A stretch of DNA of 64,000 bases from Minisyncoccota bacterium (GTDB lineage: Bacteria > Patescibacteriota > Minisyncoccia > JAHIHE01 > JAGLIN01): NCBI GenBank assembly GCA_028690055.1, contig JAQVBZ010000004.1, forward strand, positions 1,855 through 65,854, in the 5' to 3' direction. The translations under genes and the position numbers were made by a program. Positions 49,100-59,081 of the stretch are shown piece by piece; within the stretch, counting starts at the first letter, position 1; the number at the start of each line of letters is the position of its first letter. The notes under the pieces were generated by a model. The model saw nothing but the letters and a program-made list of their open reading frames with translations, was not told the DNA's origin and did no database searches.

Positions 49100-49228
49100 T
49101 TAACAAGGGGAATCTGTAATACTTGGAATTTGTATTACACCCGTTCCTCCGCATTTTTCGCAACGGCTTTCTGATAGACCAGTTTTTCCGCTTCCTAGGC
49201 ATTCGGGGCATTGTTCTTCTATGCTCAT
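49100..49228 (-). CDS. unlisted small zinc-ribbon protein (42 aa) with two CxxCxGxG motifs
   Basis: MSIEEQCPECLGSGKTGLSESRCEKCGGTGVIQIPSITDSPC; GGGAGGA RBS 4 nt upstream; terminator immediately downstream. Confidence 0.5.
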   Translation of the reverse strand: MSIEEQCPECLGSGKTGLSESRCEKCGGTGVIQIPSITDSPC

Positions 49229-49539
49229 TCCTCCCGACAGATCCGTATATTTTATGCGGTCCGTCTGATACAGGCGTTACCATAAATTTTTCTTTAGTCA
49301 AGAGTACTACTATCTTAGGATTACAAGTCGAAAAAGCGCCTTATTAGCAGTCATCTTTTATCTCGCAATCGAAATGAAAGGTTCGGTCGGAACGATTGGA
49401 ACAACTTACTTATGGGGTATTGACAAAAAGTATGATTGTGCTATCCTGAAAAGTCCGAATATTAATAAATTCGATTGACCAAACTAGTCAGTTGAGTTTG
49501 TCTGGAAAATATTTAGGACAAAACATAGAGGGACATAAA

Positions 49540-49761
49540 ATGATAAAAATAAAAATTTTAGTAATGCTCGAAGATAGCCAAGGCGAACATACACTCATCG
49601 TCAGGGAGTGTGATGTGGAAGAAAGACCGGTTCAGGAGGAAGTCCTAGAAAGATGTCTTGAAGAATTTCAAGCCGCGTTAAAAGAAGAAAAGGCTCGACA
49701 AGTTATGGTCGAGGAGCAAGATAGAGAAGATTGGGAATATTACCACAGTCTTGTGGGTTAA
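49540..49761 (+). CDS. hypothetical small acidic protein (73 aa)
   Basis: RBS GAGGGA before ATG 49540; terminator hairpin 49804-49840. Confidence 0.45.
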   Translation: MIKIKILVMLEDSQGEHTLIVRECDVEERPVQEEVLERCLEEFQAALKEEKARQVMVEEQDREDWEYYHSLVG

Positions 49762-49803
49762 ATCTTGACGATGCCTTGTTTCAATCAACATTTTAATTTT
49801 TTT

Positions 49804-49840
49804 CCATATTTATGATGTATTTGTAAATATGGATTTTTGT
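49804..49840 (+). terminator. Rho-independent terminator
   Basis: CCATATTTA-11 nt-TAAATATGG + ATTTTTGTTT. Confidence 0.6.
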
Positions 49841-49973
49841 TTATAATCAAAAACCACTGGCGTTAACCAGTGTGTGCGTCAAAGGCAGTAGCTCTCGGAC
49901 AGGGGGCAACTGCTGTTTGTTTTTAAGGTATCATTTTTTTATACAACGATTTATAAATAATGTCCAATTTGGC

Positions 49974-50123
49974 TTAATCCAGACCTTTTCCAATTGACAT
50001 TTCTTTATCTTTTGGAATTATCGTGACAACTTTACCGTTTAAACTATTCAAGAAAAGTTCTAGTTTGTCCTTATTTTCTGTCATTCTAAGATCGAAATGA
50101 TGAATCTTATATTTTGTTTTCAT
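49974..50123 (-). CDS. possible small protein (49 aa), unlisted
   Basis: MKTKYKIHHFDLRMTENKDKLELFLNSLNGKVVTIIPKDKEMSIGKGLD; no clear RBS; contains a family A-like fragment. Confidence 0.25.
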   Translation of the reverse strand: MKTKYKIHHFDLRMTENKDKLELFLNSLNGKVVTIIPKDKEMSIGKGLD

Positions 50124-50305
50124 TCATATTTATATTAATTTTAGTTATTACGGGTGTGGTGCTAAACACCCAACTCATTTTTTAAGAAGGGCTTTTCTCT
50201 TGTCTTTTTTGACAAATTCAGTTTAGTGACAGTCCTTTCTTGACAAAAGATAATTTTATGCTAATCTGGACTAGTCAAGTTACGCATAAAAAGTATATTT
50301 TTGTT

Positions 50306-50599
50306 ATGACAGAAGATGGCTTTGAACAAGTTAAACGGCTGATGAAGATTGTCGGAGGCAAAGCGATTATCGTGGAAGACGGGAAGCCGGCTTTTGTGGT
50401 CATTAGCGCCGATGAATACCTGGGTTTCGAGAGTGACCGGGGTGGGGTCGGAACAGATACGGAGCTGATCGAGAAGACTAATAGGGATATCGCTATTTGG
50501 AAAGGCAAGCAGAAGGAGAGGGAGCTTAAGCAGATGGAGAAGGAACTTTATCACAAGGATCGAGAGATAGAAATCGTTCCGGATGACTCCCAAATCTGA
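50306..50599 (+). CDS. Phd/YefM-like antitoxin-fold protein, orphan
   Basis: …KAIIVEDGKPAFVVISADEYLGFE… resembles Phd/YefM β1-β2; start likely at internal Met (listed ORF 50240); no toxin gene follows. Confidence 0.45.
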   Translation: MTEDGFEQVKRLMKIVGGKAIIVEDGKPAFVVISADEYLGFESDRGGVGTDTELIEKTNRDIAIWKGKQKERELKQMEKELYHKDREIEIVPDDSQI

Positions 50600-50603
50600 T
50601 ATT

Positions 50604-50680
50604 TGACATTGATATTTTCGATGTTATAATATGAATACTTGCAAGAGAAAGAAACACTTGCCAAATTTTTTTTATGTGAT
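50604..50680 (+). promoter_or_regulatory. Tandem sigma70-like promoters upstream of tuf
   Basis: TTGACA-16 nt-TATAAT (50604-50631) and TTGCCA-16 nt-TAGAAT with TG extension (50651-50680); RBS AAGGAGA before tuf. Confidence 0.55.
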
Positions 50681-50778
50681 AGAATGCTTAGGTGCTTATA
50701 AACTTTATATATTTATCAATTTATTAATCTCAAGTGGTACATTAAGTATCGCTTTAACTAAAGAAGGAGAATAAAAAA

Positions 50779-51978
50779 ATGGCAGAAGTATTTGATAGAT
50801 CCAAACCTCATGTCAACGTAGGAACCATCGGTCATGTCGACCACGGAAAAACCACTTTGACTGCTGCTCTTCTATCTTGTTTGACCGCAAAAGGTATGGC
50901 CGCTACAAAGAAAGGTGTAAACGATATTGATAATGCTCCGGAAGAAAGAGACCGTGGTATTACCATCGCTACTTCACACCAGGAATACGAATCAGAAAAC
51001 AGACACTACGCTCACGTAGACTGTCCTGGCCACGCCGACTACATCAAGAACATGATTACCGGTGCCGCCCAGATGGATGGAGCTATTTTAGTCGTGGCTG
51101 CTACTGACGGACCTATGCCGCAGACTAGAGAGCACATCTTACTCGCTTACAACGTAGGCGTGCCACAGATTGTTGTTTTCATCAACAAAGTTGACCAGGT
51201 AGACGATCCTGAACTTATTGACCTTGTCGAAGAAGAAATCAGAGAGCTTTTGACTAAATATCACTTTGACGGAGCAAACACTGCTATTATTAGAGGTTCA
51301 GCTCTTAAAGCTTTGGAGTGTTCTTGTGGAAACGCAGAATGTGAATCTTGCAAGCCTATTTATGACTTGGTAGCTGCTTTGGATACAAATATCCCTGAGC
51401 CACAGCGCGCTGTTGACAAACCTTATCTGATGCCTATTGAAGACATCTTCTCTATTGAAGGTAGGGGGACTGTAGTTACAGGAAGAATCGAAAGAGGTAT
51501 TGTTAACGTCAATGATGAAGTCGAATTAGTCGGTATCAAGGCTACTCGTAAGGTAGTTGTGACCGGAATCGAAATGTTCAACAAACAACTCGACCGTGGA
51601 CAAGCTGGAGACAATGCCGGAGTTCTACTTAGAGGTATCAAGAAAGAGGAAGTCGAGAGAGGCCAGGTTTTGGCTGCTACCGGTTCCATCACTCCACACA
51701 GCGAATTTGAAACTGAAATTTATATTTTGACCAAAGAAGAAGGTGGAAGACACACCCCATTCTTCTCAGGATACAAACCACAATTTTATATCAGAACTAC
51801 TGATGTTACCGGTGATGTTGTTTTGCCGGAAGGAACTGAAATGGTTATGCCTGGTGATACGGTAAAATTGGGTGTCAAATTGATTTCACAGGTTGCTATG
51901 GAAGAAGGAATGAGATTTGCTATTCGTGAAGGTGGACACACCGTAGGTGCCGGAGTCGTGACCAAGATTATAAAATAA
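50779..51978 (+). CDS. tuf: Elongation factor Tu
   Basis: [23 protein letters not shown]-motifs; 399 aa. Confidence 0.97.
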   Translation: MAEVFDRSKPHVNVGTIGHVDHGKTTLTAALLSCLTAKGMAATKKGVNDIDNAPEERDRGITIATSHQEYESENRHYAHVDCPGHADYIKNMITGAAQMDGAILVVAATDGPMPQTREHILLAYNVGVPQIVVFINKVDQVDDPELIDLVEEEIRELLTKYHFDGANTAIIRGSALKALECSCGNAECESCKPIYDLVAALDTNIPEPQRAVDKPYLMPIEDIFSIEGRGTVVTGRIERGIVNVNDEVELVGIKATRKVVVTGIEMFNKQLDRGQAGDNAGVLLRGIKKEEVERGQVLAATGSITPHSEFETEIYILTKEEGGRHTPFFSGYKPQFYIRTTDVTGDVVLPEGTEMVMPGDTVKLGVKLISQVAMEEGMRFAIREGGHTVGAGVVTKIIK

Positions 51979-52046
51979 GGAGTTAACTCTTCTTATTTTT
52001 GTTTACCGTTTTTTGTAAATAATTTAAGTTTTATATTTAAATCGCA

Positions 52047-52388
52047 ATGGTAGAAAAGAAACAGGAAATTGCAGGTGATTCTAGCAAGCAAAAGATTAGG
52101 ATCAAAATCAAGGCATATGATCACAAAGTCATTGATCAGTCTGCCAAGCAAATCGTTGAGACGGCGCTCCGAAATGGTGCTTCAGTGAGAGGGCCGGTTC
52201 CTCTTCCTACCAGCGTGAGCAAATTTACGGTAAACCGATCGACATTTGTACACAAGGACGCCAGAGAGCAGTTCGAGATGAGGATCCATAAGAGGCTGGT
52301 TGATATCATCGACCTTAATCCGAAAATTATCGACGCGCTTACGAATCTGAATTTGCCAGCTGGGGTTTTTGTAGAGATCAAAATGTAG
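52047..52388 (+). CDS. rpsJ: 30S ribosomal protein S10
   Basis: [24 protein letters not shown]…. Confidence 0.93.
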   Translation: MVEKKQEIAGDSSKQKIRIKIKAYDHKVIDQSAKQIVETALRNGASVRGPVPLPTSVSKFTVNRSTFVHKDAREQFEMRIHKRLVDIIDLNPKIIDALTNLNLPAGVFVEIKM

Positions 52389-52476
52389 TTTAAAATTTAT
52401 ATTTTCGCTAGTTTAAGTACTTGTTATATCCTATTACTTTGTAAAAAGTGATAAGTATACTGGATTAGCCAATCAA

Positions 52477-52523
52477 ATCGGATATCATATCGATTAAGTT
52501 GGTTAATGATATCTGATTTTTTT
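52477..52523 (+). promoter_or_regulatory. 12-bp-stem hairpin + T7 between rpsJ and rplC (terminator/attenuator-like)
   Basis: ATCGGATATCAT-17 nt-ATGATATCTGAT then TTTTTTT; loop can form an alternative pairing. Confidence 0.5.
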
Positions 52524-52542
52524 GTTAAGCTTAAAAAATAGT

Positions 52543-53163
52543 ATGAAGTTTATTTTAGGAAAGAAAGTAGGGATGAGTCAGATCTTCGTGGAGGGGGATA
52601 AAGAAACGAAAGTGATACCTGTCACTTTGGTAGAGGCTGATTCTTGCTATGTTACTCAGGTGAAAAACCAAGAAAAAGATGGTTATGAGGCTGTTCAGGT
52701 TGCTTTCGAGGAAAGCAAGCGGGTAAACAAGCCGATGGCGGGACATTTACAGGGCGTAGGAAAATTTTTCAGATATCTCCGCGAAATCCGCAACGATAAT
52801 AAAGACAACAAGTCGCAGGTCGGAGAAAAGATGGAAGTGACCGTATTTGAAGCCGGAGACAAAGTGAAGGTCACTGGAATCGCCAAAGCAAAAGGATTTC
52901 AGGGGGCTATGAAGAGACATGGCTTCAAAGGAGGCAAGGCTAGCCACGGACAGAAACACAGCAACCGTAGGGTGGGTTCAATCGGAGCCACTTACCCAGA
53001 GAGAGTTATCAAAGGAAAGAAGATGGCCGGAAGAATGGGGGGAGGACAGATCACGCAAGTCGGACTGGAAATCGTGCGTGTCGATGCCGAGAAGAATCTG
53101 CTTCTCATCAAGGGGTGTGTTCCGGGAAATAACGGAACTTTGCTCAAGATCGTATCAGAATAG
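52543..53163 (+). CDS. rplC: 50S ribosomal protein L3
   Basis: MKFILGKKVGMSQIF…; TTG at 52522 is possible but ATG 52543 gives the canonical N-terminus. Confidence 0.92.
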   Translation: MKFILGKKVGMSQIFVEGDKETKVIPVTLVEADSCYVTQVKNQEKDGYEAVQVAFEESKRVNKPMAGHLQGVGKFFRYLREIRNDNKDNKSQVGEKMEVTVFEAGDKVKVTGIAKAKGFQGAMKRHGFKGGKASHGQKHSNRRVGSIGATYPERVIKGKKMAGRMGGGQITQVGLEIVRVDAEKNLLLIKGCVPGNNGTLLKIVSE

Positions 53164-53199
53164 GAATCCAAGTAATTATAAGAAAATTGTTTCAATATT

Positions 53200-53832
53200 A
53201 TGAAAACTAAAGTATACAATCTCGACGGAAAAGAAGCAGGTGAAATCGAACTCCCTGAAAGAATATTCAATATAGCGGTCAATGAAGACCTTGTACATCA
53301 AGTGGTAATTGCTCAGATGGCCAACGCCAGAGTAGCCATTGCTGATACCAAAGACAGGGGCGAAGTAAGTGGTGGAGGCAAGAAGCCCTGGAAGCAGAAA
53401 GGTACCGGTAGGGCCAGACACGGATCTTCTCGATCCCCGATCTGGAAAGGCGGAGGAGTGACTTTCGGACCGACCAGCGACCGTAACTATACCAAGCGGA
53501 TCAACAAGAAGATGAAAGCTAAGGCGCTTTTTATGGTTCTTTCCGAAAAACTCCGTGAGGAGAAAATCCTGGTTCTGGATGGAACCAAGATGGAGAAACC
53601 ATCTACCAAGGAAATGATCAAGTCTTTGGAAAAGTTGTCTATCAAAACTAAAATTTTGATGGCATTGGGCGGTAGAGACGAGAATATCTTAAAATCGGTT
53701 TGCAATATCACGAAAGTTTCCGTGATTGCCAGTGATTCTTTAAATGTTGTCGATCTCCTCAAAAACGATATGTTTGTCATCAACAAAGAAGGATTGAAGA
53801 AGATCGAAGAAACTTATAAATATGAATTTTAA
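53200..53832 (+). CDS. rplD: 50S ribosomal protein L4
   Basis: 210 aa, …GGGKKPWKQKGTGRARHGS…. Confidence 0.92.
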   Translation: MKTKVYNLDGKEAGEIELPERIFNIAVNEDLVHQVVIAQMANARVAIADTKDRGEVSGGGKKPWKQKGTGRARHGSSRSPIWKGGGVTFGPTSDRNYTKRINKKMKAKALFMVLSEKLREEKILVLDGTKMEKPSTKEMIKSLEKLSIKTKILMALGGRDENILKSVCNITKVSVIASDSLNVVDLLKNDMFVINKEGLKKIEETYKYEF

Positions 53833-53841
53833 TAGAAAGCT

Positions 53842-54264
53842 ATGAGTATTTTGAATAAAATCATCAAGAAGGACGACGAGAAGAAATCGAAAGCAGCCGC
53901 CAAACCGAAAGCTGCGAAGAAAGTTGCCAAGCCGAAGGCTGAAAAGGTGGCCAGAGTGAAGAGTGGAGTAGTACCTATGCACTATTTCGAAATCATCAAG
54001 CGCCCCTATATCTCCGAGAAGGCTTTCTCGATCAACTCTATGGGGCAATACGTATTCTTGGTTGCTACTGGGGCAAACAAGACCGAGATCAAGAAGGCAA
54101 TCGAGCAGGCTTACAAGGTGAAAGTGTCAGGCGTGAACATCACCAAGGCCAAACCCAAACCGAAAAAATATAAGGGCTACCCGAGCGTTCGCAGCGGATT
54201 TACGAAAGCCGTCGTGACACTGCAAAAAGGGAGTACTATGGACATCATGGAAGGGGTAAAGTAA
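53842..54264 (+). CDS. rplW: 50S ribosomal protein L23 (with Lys/Ala-rich N-terminal extension)
   Basis: …HYFEIIKRPYISEKAF… core; 140 aa. Confidence 0.9.
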   Translation: MSILNKIIKKDDEKKSKAAAKPKAAKKVAKPKAEKVARVKSGVVPMHYFEIIKRPYISEKAFSINSMGQYVFLVATGANKTEIKKAIEQAYKVKVSGVNITKAKPKPKKYKGYPSVRSGFTKAVVTLQKGSTMDIMEGVK

Positions 54265-54291
54265 ATAATAATTTTGAATAAATAGAGCAGT

Positions 54292-55092
54292 ATGGCAATA
54301 AAAAAGTATAAACCAACATCGCCGGGAAGACGAGGAATGACCGTAAATGACTTCTCGATACTAACCAAGAAGAAGCCGGAGAAGAGTTTGCTCGCTCCTA
54401 TGACTGCCAAAGAAGGCCGGGGCAGTTCAGGAACTATCACTACAAGGCACCGAGGTGGAGCGGTAAAAAAGAGATATCGCGTAATCGATTTCAAGATGGA
54501 GAAGCGCGACATTCCGGCAAAGATCGCCTCTATCGAGTACGACCCTAACCGCAGCGCTTTTATCGCTCTTGTCGTCTTTGCTGACGGGGAAAAGAGATAT
54601 ATGGTAGCTACCGAAGGATTGAAAGCGGGCGACAAAATAATCTTTTCCGAGAGAGCTCCTATCCGTAATGGTAACAGACTTCCACTTGGGAAAATTCCTT
54701 TGGGAACTACCGTTTGTAACTTCGAGCTGTTTCCAGGCAAAGGTTCACAGTGCGCTCGCAGTGCCGGATCTTCAGCCAAGCTAACTGCAATCGATGCAGG
54801 TAAGGCGCACATCAGTCTGCCTTCCGGTGTGGTCAAAATAATCGATGAGGAATGCTACGCCACTGTCGGACAGGTCAGCAACATTCATTACAACAAGATT
54901 TGTATCGGTAAGGCTGGACGCGCCCGTCACATGGGCAAGAGACCGGAAGTTCGCGGAAGTGCAATGAACCCTTGCGATCACCCTCATGGTGGTGGAGAAG
55001 GTTGTCAGCCGATCGGACTCAAGCATCCGAAAACTCCGTGGGGTAAGCCTGCTATGGGATACAAGACTGCTCGTAAAAAGAAGAAGAAATAG
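54292..55092 (+). CDS. rplB: 50S ribosomal protein L2
   Basis: 266 aa; …GSAMNPCDHPHGGGEG… signature. Confidence 0.95.
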   Translation: MAIKKYKPTSPGRRGMTVNDFSILTKKKPEKSLLAPMTAKEGRGSSGTITTRHRGGAVKKRYRVIDFKMEKRDIPAKIASIEYDPNRSAFIALVVFADGEKRYMVATEGLKAGDKIIFSERAPIRNGNRLPLGKIPLGTTVCNFELFPGKGSQCARSAGSSAKLTAIDAGKAHISLPSGVVKIIDEECYATVGQVSNIHYNKICIGKAGRARHMGKRPEVRGSAMNPCDHPHGGGEGCQPIGLKHPKTPWGKPAMGYKTARKKKKK

Positions 55093-55283
55093 AAATAACT
55101 CATAACAAATAGCTGATAACTTATAACGGAATACAAATACAATAATACCTCTAAGATTAAAATTGATTTGCATTTAGTTATAAGTTATCGGTTATGAATT
55201 ATAAGTTGTTTGAAGAAAAGAGAAATAACGCACGGATAAGACCAAGTTATTTGTTATAAGTTATAAGTTGTAAGTTATTTATT
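55093..55283. repeat. AT-rich spacer with repeated TTATAAGTT(A/G)TAA motifs inside the S10 operon
   Basis: ataacttataac…agttataagttatcgg…aattataagttgtt…tgttataagttataagttgtaagttattt; same motif at 57713-57736. Confidence 0.5.
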
Positions 55284-55580
55284 ATGTCAAGATCACTTAA
55301 AAAAGGCCCTTACGTGGACGCGAAACTTCTCAAGAAAGTCGAAGCTCTTAAGGCGGGAGACAAGACCGTCGTAAAGACTTGGGCTCGAGCTTCTACTATC
55401 TCCCCGGAAATGGTAGGATTCGTCTTCGGAGTACACAACGGCAAGACCCACATCGAAGTGCTGGTCACTGAGGATATGGTCGGACACAAACTCGGAGAAT
55501 TCTCTCCGACCAAGAAATTCGTCCGTCATGGTGGAAAGATGCAGAAAGAGCAGGAAGCGAAAAAAGCAACCGCCAAGTAA
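55284..55580 (+). CDS. rpsS: 30S ribosomal protein S19
   Basis: [13 protein letters not shown]… [10 protein letters not shown]. Confidence 0.93.
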   Translation: MSRSLKKGPYVDAKLLKKVEALKAGDKTVVKTWARASTISPEMVGFVFGVHNGKTHIEVLVTEDMVGHKLGEFSPTKKFVRHGGKMQKEQEAKKATAK

Positions 55581-55613
55581 AGTAGTTTAATAGAGATTAG
55601 TAAATTTTAAAAT

Positions 55614-56081
55614 ATGCAAGTTAGCGCAAAACTGAAAAATCTGAGGGTTTCACAACGGAAGACTAGGCTGGTGGCTGATTTGGTCAGGGGCAAGAACATC
55701 GATGTTGCCCGAGTCCAGCTCCAATTTTCCACGAAAAAAACCTCGGAAAACATCTTATGTCTTCTCAATTCCGCTGTTGCGAATGCGAAGAATAACTTCA
55801 ATTTGGATGAAAACAATCTATACATCCAAAGCATAATCGTGGAGGAAGGACCGACACTCAAGAGATTTATGCCGCGGGCGATGGGAAGAGCTTCCGCCAT
55901 CAGAAAAAGGACTTGCAGTGTAATTATCATATTAGATGAGACTAAGAACAGACCGGAAAAGCCGGCCAAGGCAAGCAGGAAAGCCAAGAAGTCTGAGAAA
56001 ATTGCAGAAGTCAAGGATGTCGCGAAAGTCGACCCGGTTGTAGTGGAGAAGGCTGAGGCAGTAGAGGCGAAAGCGAAATAG
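55614..56081 (+). CDS. rplV: 50S ribosomal protein L22 (Lys/Ala-rich C-terminal extension)
   Basis: …LRVSQRKTRLVADLVRGK…. Confidence 0.9.
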   Translation: MQVSAKLKNLRVSQRKTRLVADLVRGKNIDVARVQLQFSTKKTSENILCLLNSAVANAKNNFNLDENNLYIQSIIVEEGPTLKRFMPRAMGRASAIRKRTCSVIIILDETKNRPEKPAKASRKAKKSEKIAEVKDVAKVDPVVVEKAEAVEAKAK

Positions 56082-56115
56082 ATTTAAATAAATTTCAAAA
56101 TTAAGTTGAAAAAAT

Positions 56116-56760
56116 ATGGGACACAAAGTTAATCCATTTGCACATAGACTGGGAGTGATCCGGGGATGGAAGTCCAACTGGTTCAACGTTGCGAACTATC
56201 GCGAATATCTCAAAAACGACATAGAATTGCGTACCTATTTGGAGAAGAAATTGCAGAAGGCCGCTATCGAGAACATCGTTATAGAGAGATCTTCCAATAG
56301 TATGACTTTCAATATCTCTACTGCTCGTCCCGGCGTGGTTATCGGACGCGGAGGAACAGGCGCTGAGGATCTTCGAGCTGATATTGTAAAAAAAGTGAAA
56401 CCGGAAAAAATCGATGTGAAGATCAACATCATCGAAATCAAAAACCCGGAACTTTCCGCAATGTTGGTCGCTCAATCGGTGGCAGAACAGCTGGAGAAAC
56501 GCGCTCCCTTCCGTAGGACTATCAAACAGGCGATCGAGAGGACGATGCAGAACAAAACTGCTCAGGGAGTGAAAGTCGCAGTTTCAGGCAGATTGGATGG
56601 AGCAGAAATGGCTCGCGCAGAATGGCTCAGCGAAGGCAAGATTCCGCTTCAGACATTGCGCGCCGATGTGGATTATGCTAAATATTGTGCTCACACCACC
56701 TTTGGGGTAATCGGTATCAAAGTTTGGATTTACAAAGGGGAAATTTTCAACAGGAAATAG
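56116..56760 (+). CDS. rpsC: 30S ribosomal protein S3
   Basis: KH domain; MGHKVNPFAHRLGVIRGWKS…. Confidence 0.95.
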   Translation: MGHKVNPFAHRLGVIRGWKSNWFNVANYREYLKNDIELRTYLEKKLQKAAIENIVIERSSNSMTFNISTARPGVVIGRGGTGAEDLRADIVKKVKPEKIDVKINIIEIKNPELSAMLVAQSVAEQLEKRAPFRRTIKQAIERTMQNKTAQGVKVAVSGRLDGAEMARAEWLSEGKIPLQTLRADVDYAKYCAHTTFGVIGIKVWIYKGEIFNRK

Positions 56761-56791
56761 ATATCTAATCAAAATATATTAAGAGAAAGTT

Positions 56792-57214
56792 ATGTTAATG
56801 CCCAAGAAAATCAAACATAGGAAGCAACAAAAAGGCAGAATGCGCGGCAAGTCCCAAGTAGGGAACTCGATAGCATTCGGATCCTATGCCCTCAAGACTA
56901 CCGAGTCTAGCTGGATTACCAGTCGCCAGATTGAGGCTGCCAGACGTGCTATGACCCGATATATCCAAAGAGGCGGAAAAATTTGGATCAGGATTTTCCC
57001 GGACAAACCGATTACAGCCAAAGCAGCTGAAGTTCCGATGGGTAGTGGAAAAGGAAGTCTGGATCATTTTTCAGCAGCGGTCAGGAGAGGTAAAATACTT
57101 TTCGAGATGGATGGTGTAAAGGAAGATATCGCTAAAGAGGCGATGAGACTCGCTAGCCATAAGCTGCCGGTCAAAACCGAATTTATTTGCAAAGACACGC
57201 AAGGTTTTAAATAA
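56792..57214 (+). CDS. rplP: 50S ribosomal protein L16
   Basis: [19 protein letters not shown]…. Confidence 0.93.
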   Translation: MLMPKKIKHRKQQKGRMRGKSQVGNSIAFGSYALKTTESSWITSRQIEAARRAMTRYIQRGGKIWIRIFPDKPITAKAAEVPMGSGKGSLDHFSAAVRRGKILFEMDGVKEDIAKEAMRLASHKLPVKTEFICKDTQGFK

Positions 57215-57226
57215 CAAATTCTTAAA

Positions 57227-57433
57227 TTGCTTATGAAAGTTAAAGAAATCAGAGAAAAAACCGACAATGAGCTCAAAAATTTGATAAGAGAAAATAAAGA
57301 GAAACTCAAGAAACTCAGGTTTTCTCTGGCAAATCGGCAACTCGAGAATACTCGGGAAATCAGTGAAGCTAAAATCACGGTCGCTCGAGCCAAAACTGTC
57401 TTGAAAGAAAAAGCTCAAAGTGAAATAAATTAA
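57227..57433 (+). CDS. rpmC: 50S ribosomal protein L29
   Basis: 68 aa coiled coil …KEIREKTDNELKNLIRENKEKL…. Confidence 0.85.
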   Translation: MLMKVKEIREKTDNELKNLIRENKEKLKKLRFSLANRQLENTREISEAKITVARAKTVLKEKAQSEIN

Positions 57434-57445
57434 TTTTAGATAATT

Positions 57446-57712
57446 ATGAACAAAGAAATCAACCAAGAAGCTCCTGTTGACAACCGCAGAAAGAAAGTCG
57501 GAACCGTTGTCAGCGACAAGATGGACAAGACGGTTGTCGTTGAGATTGTCACACTGAAGACCCACCCTATCTATAGGAAGAAGTACAAATCGAGCAAGAA
57601 ATATAAGGCGCATGACGAAGAGAACCGATGCAAAGTCGGAGATAAAGTAACGATTGCGGAATGCAAACCGTTGAGCAGAGACAAGAGATGGAAGGTCGTG
57701 TCCGCCGAATAG
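57446..57712 (+). CDS. rpsQ: 30S ribosomal protein S17
   Basis: …[21 protein letters not shown]…HDE…. Confidence 0.9.
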   Translation: MNKEINQEAPVDNRRKKVGTVVSDKMDKTVVVEIVTLKTHPIYRKKYKSSKKYKAHDEENRCKVGDKVTIAECKPLSRDKRWKVVSAE

Positions 57713-57736
57713 TTTTATAAGTTATAAATTACTTTT

Positions 57737-58108
57737 ATGATTCAAAATGGTAGTAATCTCATAGTCGCGGACAACTCCGGCGCCAAGACGGCACGATGTA
57801 TCAAGGTTCTCGGCGGTTCGAAGAAAAGATACGCCTATATCGGCGAAGTCATTGTTGTGGCTATCAAATCCAGCGAACCTAGAGGTCAGGTCAAAAAAGG
57901 TGAGGTCGCCAAAGGAGTTATTGTGAGACAGAGAAAAGCACTGCGCCGCAAGGACGGTTCTTATATCCGTTTCGACGACAACGCGATCGTAATTGTCGAC
58001 AAGGACAACAAGACACCTAAGGGAACCCGTATCTTTGGTCCGATTGCAAGAGAATTAAGAGAGAAGGGGTATATGAAAGCAATTTCTTTGGCTCCGGAAG
58101 TTCTATAA
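57737..58108 (+). CDS. rplN: 50S ribosomal protein L14
   Basis: [17 protein letters not shown]…. Confidence 0.95.
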   Translation: MIQNGSNLIVADNSGAKTARCIKVLGGSKKRYAYIGEVIVVAIKSSEPRGQVKKGEVAKGVIVRQRKALRRKDGSYIRFDDNAIVIVDKDNKTPKGTRIFGPIARELREKGYMKAISLAPEVL

Positions 58109-58144
58109 TTTGCGAGAATAATATACTTTATAAATAATATAGTT

Positions 58145-58477
58145 ATGAAAATTAAGATTAACGACAAAGTAAAAATCATCGCCGGTAAAGACAGCGGAAA
58201 AAGTGGAAATGTCATCAAGTCCCTGCCTTCGCGTGGCAAGGTTGTCGTGGAAGGGCTCAACACGGTTCACAAACACACCAAGCCGGATCGCGCAGGGGGA
58301 AAAGGCCAGAGAATTACCGTTGCTATGCCTATCGATGTTTCCAATACTATGCTTATTTGCCCGAATTGCGGCAAGGAGTCGAAAGTAGGGTATGTCATTA
58401 CAGAAGATGGAGAGAAATTTCGCACCTGCAAGAAATGCAACCAACCTATCAATGACAAAATTAAAGATAATAAATAA
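58145..58477 (+). CDS. rplX: 50S ribosomal protein L24 (KOW domain) with C-terminal CxxC…CxxC zinc ribbon
   Basis: KIKINDKVKIIAGKDSGKSG KOW; C-terminal CPNCGKE…CKKCNQ. Confidence 0.88.
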   Translation: MKIKINDKVKIIAGKDSGKSGNVIKSLPSRGKVVVEGLNTVHKHTKPDRAGGKGQRITVAMPIDVSNTMLICPNCGKESKVGYVITEDGEKFRTCKKCNQPINDKIKDNK

Positions 58478-58495
58478 AGCAATTAAGATACTCTT

Positions 58496-59053
58496 ATGTA
58501 CAAGTCAAGATTAAAAGAGAAATATGCCAAAGAAATCGTTCCTGATCTCAAGAAGGAGCTGAACTACCCGAATATAATGGCTGTTCCGAAAGTCAGCAAA
58601 GTGGTAGTCAACGTCGGCTTGGGGAATATTCTCAAGAACAGCAGCGACGATCTCAAAAATATCACTGAAGATTTTGAAAATATCGTGGGACAGAAACCTG
58701 TGATTACCAAAGCGAAGAAAGCTATTTCCAGCTTCAAGATCCGTGAAGGCATGCCGGTAGGAATGATGGTAACACTACGCGGAGATCGGATGTATGAATT
58801 CCTCGATAGGTTGGCCAATGTGGTTTTGCCGCAGATGAGAGACTTTCGCGGACTCAAGAAATCCGCTTTCGATGGGAATGGGAATTATAGTATCGGTATG
58901 AAAGAGCATATCGTTTTCCCTGAGGTTACTCGGGATAATATCAAGACCATCTTTGGGATGGAAGTGAATATCACTACTGACGCCAAGACTGACGAAGAAG
59001 CTTATCTGCTTCTCAAGAAAATGGGTCTTCCAATCGTAGAGAAGATTGCTTAA
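58496..59053 (+). CDS. rplE: 50S ribosomal protein L5
   Basis: 185 aa; …MRDFRGL…. Confidence 0.93.
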   Translation: MYKSRLKEKYAKEIVPDLKKELNYPNIMAVPKVSKVVVNVGLGNILKNSSDDLKNITEDFENIVGQKPVITKAKKAISSFKIREGMPVGMMVTLRGDRMYEFLDRLANVVLPQMRDFRGLKKSAFDGNGNYSIGMKEHIVFPEVTRDNIKTIFGMEVNITTDAKTDEEAYLLLKKMGLPIVEKIA

Positions 59054-59081
59054 TAATATTAAATAAATCAAATTAATTACT

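Noticed and set aside
49850-49925. Hairpins CACTGG-cgttaac-CCAGTG and GGCAGT…ACTGCTG followed by a T-run, considered as a possible sRNA
   Set aside because: The stems are short and imperfect, and nothing distinguishes them from the many incidental hairpins in this AT-rich spacer. Only a possible weak terminator, so not called.
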